Sequence record: DRR378314_95
Reading direction: 5' to 3' (one strand)
DNA: 27,215 nucleotides
Position numbers and translations under genes: made by a program. Below, one piece after another: positions 1 to 6,720 of the stretch; the stretch's first letter is position 1; each line of letters opens with the position of its first letter. The notes beneath the pieces are model-generated. The model saw only the letters and a list, made by a program, of their open reading frames with translations, was not told where the DNA came from and searched no databases.

Positions 1-1387
1 CATCATAGGTCTGAACAAGATTGATACCGGATTCGGTCATTCCCAACGCATCCGAAAGATGGTTCAGCAGCCCGGTCAAGAATGGGCGCATGTCAACGCT
101 CTCCAGTCGCTCGTTCTGGTAAAGTGTCTGATGCACAATTGCCAAGGCATCAATTCTATGTCGCGTTGCGGAAATAGCTTCTTTGGCTTGCGGATCTTTT
201 AGCTGGCGCCCTTGAAGGTTCAAGAAACTCGTTACGATCTGGAGGTTGTTCTTCACCCGATGGTGAATCTCTTTCACCGCTGCATCGCGGGTCGCAATCG
301 CTTCTTTCAGATCCCGGTCCCGGTGATCGATATCCTGCGCCATCACTTCCATTGCGCGGGCCAGGCTTCGGATTTCAGAGGGCGCATCAGAGAACGAGTT
401 GCCCGCTTTGAACTGATATCTACCCGCACCGTATATACGGACCGTGCGCGTCAGTCTGGAAATCCAGCGAAGCACAAGCCCGTCAATCGCCAGCCACGCC
501 GACAAGAGCGTTACGGCAAAGGCCAAAAGGGGCAACCCGAAGGATGTTGCAGGACGTACAAATAGGTCATTCCATAAACCATATGACGGTCTCGCTATCA
601 CCGCGTAGATGTTCGAGTCTCCGACGGGTCGAAGGGCTACGTCAACGGTGCTTCCGTCAGTCTCGTCCGCCCGGAACAATTGTGCATCGCGGGTTTCGTT
701 CACCGCTTCGATCCATTCTTCCGGAATGGAAGTGATGGGCGTATCTCCGAACACACGTCCTGTTTCGTCGGCAATCGCGAGCGAAACGGATTCTGGCAAA
801 TACCCCGTGCGGACAAGGTTTGCCAGATCGACTGCACCCAGTGCAAATGTGTTTATTCCAGTGAACTCGCCCGTTTCGTTTTCGACGCGCTTGTTCAAGG
901 CGAACAACCATTCTTCACTTGCGGATCCAAAGAAGGCATCACTTCGCGCAAAAGAATCTCCGCCAGAGCGGAGACGGTCATGCAAGACCTGATTCTCACG
1001 ACTAAGTTTGGGAGAACCGACGGCGGCACAGATCACATCACTCTTTTCGTCGAATGCAACAACATTCGTGAGAGACGGAATATACTCGATCAGTTCGTTA
1101 TAGACCCCACTACATTCTCCGGCTGATAGCCGCGGCTCGTAGAGAGATAGCAACAATTCCGCCTGCTGAAGCGATTGATTCACGCCATCAATTGCTGCGC
1201 CAGCCACGATCACCAGATTCTGAGCCTGACTCTCGCGCACGTCGCTGGCGTCGATGTAAGCTTTAAAGGCGGACAAGAGAAGGACAGGCGTTAGCGCGGC
1301 GGCAAGCGTCAGGACGAGCTTGTTTCGGAGCGGCGCTGCACTTGGGGGTGCGCTGTCTGACCCTATTACTTCTTGATCATCCGACAC
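1..1387 (-). CDS. Membrane sensor histidine kinase, HisKA_2 family (PhyK/RsiC-like GSR kinase); C-terminus runs off the left edge
   Basis: Hand translation of the minus strand (not in ORF track): probable GTG at 1387, MSDDQEVIGSDSAPPSAAPLRNKLVLTLAAALTPVLLLSAF (TM1), periplasmic region, TM2 FGLPLLAFAVTLLSAWLAIDGLVLRW, HAMP-like segment APSEIRSLARAMEVMA, H-box KEIHHRVKNNLQIVTSFLNLQ. Lies directly downstream of ecfG. Start codon uncertain. Confidence 0.9.
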   Translation of the reverse strand, partial: MSDDQEVIGSDSAPPSAAPLRNKLVLTLAAALTPVLLLSAFKAYIDASDVRESQAQNLVIVAGAAIDGVNQSLQQAELLLSLYEPRLSAGECSGVYNELIEYIPSLTNVVAFDEKSDVICAAVGSPKLSRENQVLHDRLRSGGDSFARSDAFFGSASEEWLFALNKRVENETGEFTGINTFALGAVDLANLVRTGYLPESVSLAIADETGRVFGDTPITSIPEEWIEAVNETRDAQLFRADETDGSTVDVALRPVGDSNIYAVIARPSYGLWNDLFVRPATSFGLPLLAFAVTLLSAWLAIDGLVLRWISRLTRTVRIYGAGRYQFKAGNSFSDAPSEIRSLARAMEVMAQDIDHRDRDLKEAIATRDAAVKEIHHRVKNNLQIVTSFLNLQGRQLKDPQAKEAISATRHRIDALAIVHQTLYQNERLESVDMRPFLTGLLNHLSDALGMTESGINLVQTYD

Positions 1388-1973
1388 CGGCAATATCGTC
1401 CGCCTGCCGCATGATGTCGTTGAATGCGTCCTCTGCCTTCATGTTGGAATCATCGCTGAAACCTGCGCCATTTGTCTCAAGAATCTCAACGATCGCCTTG
1501 CGCGCACGGGACACACGGCTCTTGATCGTTCCGACAGCGACACCGCAAATTTCCGCAGCCTCTTCGTAAGGCAGCCCGCCCGCTCCAACGAGGATCAGTG
1601 CCTCGCGCTGGTCGATCGGCAACATGCCCAGCGCATTGCGCATGGCCAAAAGGTCGATCGAGTCTGAAGGATTGCTATTGGAGACCAGTGTAGCTTCTGC
1701 AACTTCAGGGTCGAGCGGCGTTCGCCGCCAGGAACGGCGCTTCTCGGAATAAAACACGTTACGAAGAATGGTGAAGGCCCACGCCTTCATGTTCGTCCCG
1801 GCCTGAAAGGATTCACGCGCATTCCACGCTTTCAGCATTGCATCCTGGGCCAGGTCGTCGGCGAGGGTTGCATCACCGCACAGGCTGCGGGCGAATGCAC
1901 GCAAGTGCGGGATCAGCTCGGCCAGCTCGCGCTTGAACTCCGCGTCGCTCAGCTTTTCCGTATTGTCTGTCAT
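1377..1973 (-). CDS. ecfG: ECF sigma factor of the general stress response (EcfG/SigT, ECF15)
   Basis: IPHLRAFARSL..ADDLAQDAMLKAW..FQAGTNMKAWAFTILRN (sigma2) and YEEAAEICGVAVGTIKSRVSRAR (sigma4). ATG at 1973 follows a GAGGGG SD; canonical nepR-ecfG / phyR context. Confidence 0.95.
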   Translation of the reverse strand: MTDNTEKLSDAEFKRELAELIPHLRAFARSLCGDATLADDLAQDAMLKAWNARESFQAGTNMKAWAFTILRNVFYSEKRRSWRRTPLDPEVAEATLVSNSNPSDSIDLLAMRNALGMLPIDQREALILVGAGGLPYEEAAEICGVAVGTIKSRVSRARKAIVEILETNGAGFSDDSNMKAEDAFNDIMRQADDIAGVG

Positions 1974-1983
1974 GGCCGCCCCC

Positions 1984-2196
1984 TCAGGATTTGTCTGAGG
2001 TTGAAGATGGGCGAGCCTTGTCAGCTTCTTCGAGAAGCCGAAGGAACTCGTCCGGAACATCTTCTTGCGCAACTTCGTCATACACGCGCCGCAATTGTTC
2101 ACCAATGCGCTGCGTCCGCCTCTTGCTTCCGAGGTCGGATTTGACGGCGTTTGTGCGTCCGGTCTTGTCCATTCCGTCTAAACTATCCTGATTCAC
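1984..2196 (-). CDS. nepR: Anti-sigma factor NepR
   Basis: IGEQLRRVYDEVAQEDVPDEFLRLLEEAD matches the NepR signature; immediately upstream of ecfG. Start is GTG 2196 or ATG 2172. Confidence 0.93.
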   Translation of the reverse strand: MNQDSLDGMDKTGRTNAVKSDLGSKRRTQRIGEQLRRVYDEVAQEDVPDEFLRLLEEADKARPSSTSDKS

Positions 2197-2230
2197 GATC
2201 CAAATACCTACTATATGAGTCTAATCCATA

Positions 2231-2255
2231 AACCTACAGGCAGCGTAAAAGTTCC
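2231..2255 (-). promoter_or_regulatory. EcfG-type promoter of nepR-ecfG-kinase operon
   Basis: Minus strand GGAAC-N16-GGTT, against the established consensus GGAAC-N16/17-(C)GTT. Confidence 0.85.
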
Positions 2256-2283
2256 AACAAAGTGCAGTTTTTTGCACTATGGT

Positions 2284-2308
2284 GGAACCTAGACGGGTTT
2301 CAGGAATT
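2284..2308 (+). promoter_or_regulatory. Probable EcfG-type promoter of phyR (variant -10)
   Basis: GGAAC-N16-AATT about 30 nt upstream of the phyR ATG; the -10 deviates from CGTT. Confidence 0.6.
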
Positions 2309-2337
2309 ATTAATGTGGTCCCAGAAGAGAGGTTCCC

Positions 2338-3129
2338 ATGAGTTTGGTACAATCCTTCGCCCCCCATTTGCCGTTTCTTCGGCGATACGCGCGGGCACTA
2401 ACCGGCAGTCAAGATAGCGGCGACGCTTACATTCGCGCATCTCTGCAGGCACTCGTCGAAAATCCTGATATTGTTGAGGATTCTGAAGATCCGCGACTTT
2501 CCCTGTATCGTTTCTTCCATGTTATCTGGGGAACGACAGGCGCACAATTGGAAGGCAAAGCTGCTACGTCCAGCGACCCGGCGGACACACGCCTTCAATC
2601 GCTAGCCCCAATTCAGCGTCAGGCTTTCCTGCTGACAGCACTCGAAGGCTTTTCTGCCTCCGAAGCGGCCTACATTCTCGGAATTTCCGATGATGAGCAG
2701 CGCATGCTTGAGCAAGACGCGCAAAAAGAGATCGAAAGCGAACTGGCCACGAAGGTCCTCATCATCGAGGATGAGCCGATCATTGCGGCAGACCTAGAAA
2801 GCCTTGTCGAAGATCTCGGTCACACCGTCACCGGCATCGCCACGACCCACCGTGAGGCGCTTTCTCTCTTCGGCGCCGACCTGCCTGGGCTCGTGCTTTG
2901 CGACATCCAATTGGCCGATGGGTCCTCAGGCATTGATGCGGCCCACGATATTCTTGCCGACCACGATGTTCCAATCATCTTCATTACAGCCTTCCCCGAG
3001 CGACTGCTCACCGGCGAACGTCCAGAACCAACCTATCTGATTCCAAAGCCGTTTCAGGAGAATACTGTGAAGGCCGCGATCGGCCAGGCGCTCTTTTTCC
3101 ATCCTGCACACAACAAGGTAGATGCTTGA
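2338..3129 (+). CDS. phyR: Anti-anti-sigma response regulator PhyR
   Basis: N-terminal sigma-like domain (HLPFLRRYARALTGSQDSGD) plus C-terminal receiver (VLIIEDEPII, LCDIQLADGSSGIDA, FITAFPERLLTGERPEP). Divergent from nepR-ecfG; GAGG SD. Confidence 0.96.
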   Translation: MSLVQSFAPHLPFLRRYARALTGSQDSGDAYIRASLQALVENPDIVEDSEDPRLSLYRFFHVIWGTTGAQLEGKAATSSDPADTRLQSLAPIQRQAFLLTALEGFSASEAAYILGISDDEQRMLEQDAQKEIESELATKVLIIEDEPIIAADLESLVEDLGHTVTGIATTHREALSLFGADLPGLVLCDIQLADGSSGIDAAHDILADHDVPIIFITAFPERLLTGERPEPTYLIPKPFQENTVKAAIGQALFFHPAHNKVDA

Positions 3130-3150
3130 TCCCAACATCTGGCGATCAAT

Positions 3151-3188
3151 AAAAGGCCGCTCCCGACAAGTCTGGAGCGGCCTTTTTT
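3151..3188. terminator. Bidirectional intrinsic terminator between convergent phyR and small ORF
   Basis: AAAA-GGCCGCTCC-loop-GGAGCGGCC-TTTTTT. Confidence 0.85.
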
Positions 3189-3207
3189 GTATGTGATTGG
3201 AGATCGT

Positions 3208-3351
3208 CTAGGCCGTAATAGCGAAGGCGAGCAACATTCCGATAAGAGCGATCACGATGCCAATCGCCATAACATTCAACAGGCCTGTTCGGCGGCGGCC
3301 CTGACGGGCTTCTGTTGTTGATACTTCTTTTTCTTTGTGAGTGGTTTGCAT
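3208..3351 (-). CDS. 47-aa single-pass membrane peptide (below ORF-track cutoff)
   Basis: GGAG SD then MQTTHKEKEVSTTEARQGRRRTGLLNVMAIGIVIALIGMLLAFAITA*; basic patch followed by a hydrophobic helix; ends just before the terminator. Confidence 0.8.
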   Translation of the reverse strand: MQTTHKEKEVSTTEARQGRRRTGLLNVMAIGIVIALIGMLLAFAITA

Positions 3352-3408
3352 CTTATTCTCCAGTAATTGAAATCGGGACTATTGGCGTCGAGCAGGGCTT
3401 TTGAATCT

Positions 3409-4191
3409 TCAGCGGACGACACCATTCTCCGTTCGAGCTCCATTCAGCGCGCGTTCCGCCAGCTCAGGTTGAGCTACAAAATCCAGCTTCCGCATGTGCA
3501 GATAGTCTGTATCGAACTGCGACAGGGCGGTGAGGCGATCCCGGTCCAGAATCGTTATTTGTCCCCGCGATTCATCGATCAGCCCCGCGCGGCGGAGCGC
3601 AGACATGGTTCGAGATACATGCACAGGTGTCAGTCCCAGCGCATCTGCCATGTCCGTGCGCGTAAGGGGCATCGGCAAGTGAACTTCAGAACCGCCCATC
3701 GCCGCATGCATGCGCCGCTGTAGCTCCAGCAGAAGATGCGCAATGCGTTCTTTGGCTGATCGGCGACCGATGCGGACAATCTGCTCCCTGAGGATCGACT
3801 CCTCCTGGACCGATGCCCACCAGAAAGCGGATGCTATATCCGCATTGCTTCTCAGACAGTGAATAAATTGCTCTGCGCTTACGGCCTGCACCGCCATCCG
3901 AGTCAAGGCAGTCACGGAATGATCGGCTTCCACACCCGCCACAACCTGCAAGTCAAAGACATCTCCAGGCAGCATGAAATTGACAATTTGCCGGCGACCG
4001 TCGTCCAGGGTTCGGTACCGGATCGCCCAGCCATCTTTCACGAAGTACATGTTGCGGGGTTTCTCCCCAACGCGAATGATGTCCTCATTCGCGTGGAAGA
4101 CGCGCGACCGCAGGTCAAGATGGTCAAACTGCTCCCACACATCAGGCGGGAGGGTAACGTACCGCGACAATCTGTTTCTGAAAGCATCCAT
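3409..4191 (-). CDS. Crp/Fnr-family transcriptional regulator
   Basis: cNMP-binding fold (YFVKDGWAIRYRTLDDGRRQIVNFMLPGD), C-helix GRRSAKERIAHLLLEL, HTH LTRTDMADALGLTPVHVSRTMSAL. No Fnr Cys cluster. Confidence 0.93.
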   Translation of the reverse strand: MDAFRNRLSRYVTLPPDVWEQFDHLDLRSRVFHANEDIIRVGEKPRNMYFVKDGWAIRYRTLDDGRRQIVNFMLPGDVFDLQVVAGVEADHSVTALTRMAVQAVSAEQFIHCLRSNADIASAFWWASVQEESILREQIVRIGRRSAKERIAHLLLELQRRMHAAMGGSEVHLPMPLTRTDMADALGLTPVHVSRTMSALRRAGLIDESRGQITILDRDRLTALSQFDTDYLHMRKLDFVAQPELAERALNGARTENGVVR

Positions 4192-4199
4192 GTGATCAG

Positions 4200-4224
4200 A
4201 ACGTAGATGTGATGTAATTGTTCC
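4200..4224 (-). promoter_or_regulatory. EcfG-type promoter of the Crp/Fnr gene
   Basis: Perfect GGAAC-N16-CGTT on the minus strand, ending 8 nt before the ATG. Confidence 0.85.
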
Positions 4225-4249
4225 TCTTCACAAAACTGACCCAGTTAGA

Positions 4250-4274
4250 GGAACAAACTCGGCGTCTGGTCGTT
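4250..4274 (+). promoter_or_regulatory. EcfG-type promoter of the DUF883 operon
   Basis: Perfect GGAAC-N16-CGTT. Confidence 0.88.
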
Positions 4275-4306
4275 TGGGTTATGTATCCCAATACAGGAGA
4301 TTAATC

Positions 4307-4606
4307 GTGAACACCAAGACGGCGAGTACGCTCAAAGCTGAAACCGAAAATGACTACGCAGCCCTGAAAGACGACATCGCGATGCTGCGCAGTGACCTCA
4401 AAAATGTCATGGAAGACGTCCGCGGACTTGCAAAAGTCAAAGCTCAAGCAGGTGTGGAGAAGGGCAAGGAATTTGCCGAGAAGGCATCTGGACAATTCAA
4501 AGAGACACGGGGCGAAGTTGAGGCTGAAATTCGCAAGAACCCGTTTGCTGCTGTTGGAATCGCCTTCGGTGCTGGATTGATCCTCGCGATGATGCGAGGC
4601 AAATAA
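4307..4606 (+). CDS. DUF883 / ElaB-YqjD family tail-anchored protein
   Basis: AGGAG SD and GTG 4307; coiled N-terminus (LKDDIAMLRSDL) and C-terminal IRKNPFAAVGIAFGAGLILAMM signature. Confidence 0.88.
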   Translation: MNTKTASTLKAETENDYAALKDDIAMLRSDLKNVMEDVRGLAKVKAQAGVEKGKEFAEKASGQFKETRGEVEAEIRKNPFAAVGIAFGAGLILAMMRGK

Positions 4607-4609
4607 TCT

Positions 4610-5008
4610 ATGGATGCGACCAAGCTCAGGCTGTTCGCGGCGGTCGCCGGAATCGTCAGCGGTTTCGGCGGCATGCTTGCACTTTCCGTTGCAGGCGTGC
4701 TCGCCTTATCTTCTGTCATCGGACTGATTGCGGCTTGCTTTACGGTCGCCGCCCTTCTGATCGGCATAGCCGCCCTCATGCTGTATATCTTTCTCCTGCC
4801 ATACCGGAAATCCTCCGAGGAGATTGATGATCTGGAAGAGACGACAGCGAACGCCTTGGCAGATCTTCCATTCGACACCTTGAAGTCACTCGTTCAAAAA
4901 TATCCCGTATCTGTGTCGGCTGGCGCAATGTTGCTTGGGTACACCCTCGTGAGGGATCCCAAAACAGCGACTCGGCATGCGCAACGACTTCTGCTCGGAT
5001 TGCTATAG
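4610..5008 (+). CDS. Hypothetical membrane protein (YqjE/holin-like partner of DUF883 by position)
   Basis: Starts 3 nt after the DUF883 stop; two N-terminal hydrophobic helices plus a C-terminal hydrophobic segment. Confidence 0.7.
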   Translation: MDATKLRLFAAVAGIVSGFGGMLALSVAGVLALSSVIGLIAACFTVAALLIGIAALMLYIFLLPYRKSSEEIDDLEETTANALADLPFDTLKSLVQKYPVSVSAGAMLLGYTLVRDPKTATRHAQRLLLGLL

Positions 5009-5063
5009 AAGATCGCTCCCATAAATCTCAGACAAGCTGCCGAATTCTTCCTATATTGGAGAG

Positions 5064-5711
5064 ATGAGATCATTCTTCCTCATAGCTTCTGCCGTTGGCG
5101 CAGGCTTGGCATTCGGACGCCGCTACCTTGAAAAAGGAGTGTCGTCGCAGAAAAATCAGGCAATCGAAGCTGCCGCAATCGAAACACGCCGACGCATCAA
5201 GCGTCATGCTGACGACTTCCTGAAGAGGAGCTTTCGGGCATTCGCAATTGCCACAGGTATCAAGCTCACGCTGCTGATCGCACTGTGGGGGCTCGCGCAC
5301 TATGGAGCGCTGGAGCGTCAGCACTTTGTCTTGAGCGTCTCGGTCGTGCTCGGGCTGTTCCTTATCAGGGACATCTGGGTGTCGTGGCCGTTTGTTCGTC
5401 TGGGCCTTACGGAGTTAGCGCGCTATGGATGGCGACCCAAGCTGGCCTTGAGCGAGGTTGTCGCGGGACATGTATTTCAGCAGGTACTGACTGAAGCCCA
5501 AGCCGCGCCCGCGACTCGCACTTCGAAAATCATGCTGATGCTGGCGGGGCAATCGCGAGAAGGTCTGGAGCAGGATATTGCAAGCTCAGTCGCCGCAATT
5601 GCGCGGAATACTACCTGGTCGGATTTGCGTCCGTTCCTGATTTCGGCCGGCATAAAGACCGGGGCGCTCATGGCACTTTATTCGGTCAGCGTCTTCTTGC
5701 TACTCGCTTGA
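5064..5711 (+). CDS. Hypothetical membrane protein
   Basis: 215-aa ORF with GGAGAG SD and several hydrophobic segments; fills the gap before the convergent sigma gene. Confidence 0.7.
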   Translation: MRSFFLIASAVGAGLAFGRRYLEKGVSSQKNQAIEAAAIETRRRIKRHADDFLKRSFRAFAIATGIKLTLLIALWGLAHYGALERQHFVLSVSVVLGLFLIRDIWVSWPFVRLGLTELARYGWRPKLALSEVVAGHVFQQVLTEAQAAPATRTSKIMLMLAGQSREGLEQDIASSVAAIARNTTWSDLRPFLISAGIKTGALMALYSVSVFLLLA

Positions 5712-5716
5712 GCTCA

Positions 5717-6316
5717 CTAGGCCGCACGAGCCATCAGGCCTTCAGCATACATTACCAACCCGTTGAGCGTCGAGCGATCCATATCATCTTGGCCCCCATC
5801 ATTGGAAATGACCGGTATGAGACCATTGAGACCGTCCATCAGTACAGCACGAGCTCTGTTCACCCGGCTTTTGATCGTGCCCGGGGAACAATTCATTATC
5901 GCGCCGGCTTCCTCATAGGTGAGACCAGCCGCGAGAACCAGAATGACGGCATCCCGCTGCTTCAGCGGTAGCGCGTAGATAGCCTGAATTGCATGAGACG
6001 CTTCGCTTTGAAGTTCGGCAGACGTGTAGTCCACGAGCGTCTCTTCCAGGAATTCAGACTCCACGTCCACATTCCGCCACGCACGGCGACAATGCTGAAG
6101 GTATTCATTTCTGACGATCCGCAGGATCCAGGGCCTCATCTGCGCAGTGCGGTCGAACGTATCCGCAGCGCTCCACGCCTTTAGACAGGCCGATTGTACG
6201 ATGTCATCGGCAAGCGTTGCATCATTGCACAGGCTACGCGCGAAGGCTCGCATCTGCGGCAAGAGCGCTTCCAGCTCATCCACGAAAGACCAGGATTCGT
6301 TGATTGTCTCTGTCAT
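5717..6316 (-). CDS. Second ECF sigma factor, EcfG paralog
   Basis: LPQMRAFARSLCNDATLADDIVQSACLKAW and TYEEAGAIMNCSPGTIKSRVNRAR align directly with the EcfG at 1377-1973. Confidence 0.92.
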   Translation of the reverse strand: MTETINESWSFVDELEALLPQMRAFARSLCNDATLADDIVQSACLKAWSAADTFDRTAQMRPWILRIVRNEYLQHCRRAWRNVDVESEFLEETLVDYTSAELQSEASHAIQAIYALPLKQRDAVILVLAAGLTYEEAGAIMNCSPGTIKSRVNRARAVLMDGLNGLIPVISNDGGQDDMDRSTLNGLVMYAEGLMARAA

Positions 6317-6338
6317 TAGCGTAGTCCCACCCGCGCGA

Positions 6339-6524
6339 TTATTTCTTTCTGGATTTTTCCGCTTGTCGCATTGTCTCTATCAAGTGCTGCAGCCTCAGCG
6401 GCACCGGCTCTGAGAGCACATCGGAGTAGAGACCGCGCAGCTGTTGTCCGAAGACGTGAGCCGACCTGCCGCCTGGCGATAAAGGCTTGCGGTCTCGCCG
6501 ACGTTTCGAAGGTTTCGAGCTCAT
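6339..6524 (-). CDS. Second NepR-like anti-sigma factor
   Basis: FGQQLRGLYSDVLSEPVPLRLQHLIETMRQAE matches the NepR pattern; directly upstream of the second sigma. SD is weak. Confidence 0.8.
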   Translation of the reverse strand: MSSKPSKRRRDRKPLSPGGRSAHVFGQQLRGLYSDVLSEPVPLRLQHLIETMRQAEKSRKK

Positions 6525-6720
6525 GGGAAGCGTTTATCCCGTCAGCTGCATAATAAACCATGAACGTGTCCCCTCATCCCAAGACGGGATACTTCCCCTA
6601 GAGTAAAGCACTCCGGGGTTAAGGAAACGAAAATAGATATCTCATTTTTTCAAGGTACTAAACGGCGCCTTGATGTTCCCTGGCCTGTAGTATTTGCTAC
6701 AGAACTCGACCTTCAGGCGG

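Noticed and set aside
212-1126. Several plus-strand ORFs in the track
   Set aside because: The real gene is the minus-strand histidine kinase, absent from the track because it has no stop inside the window.
1974-2105. N-terminal extension of EcfG in the 242-aa ORF call (similar over-long starts for etfB, yebC, ihfB, rpsA, DUF883, TIGR02300)
   Set aside because: The extension overlaps nepR; downstream starts match family N-termini and mostly have better SD sequences.
5051-5057. CCTATAT as an RpoH-type -10
   Set aside because: No CTTG -35 at the right distance, and it abuts the SD.
6661-6679. GGAAC...CGTT as a canonical EcfG promoter for nepR2
   Set aside because: The spacer is only 10 nt, against the required 16-17.
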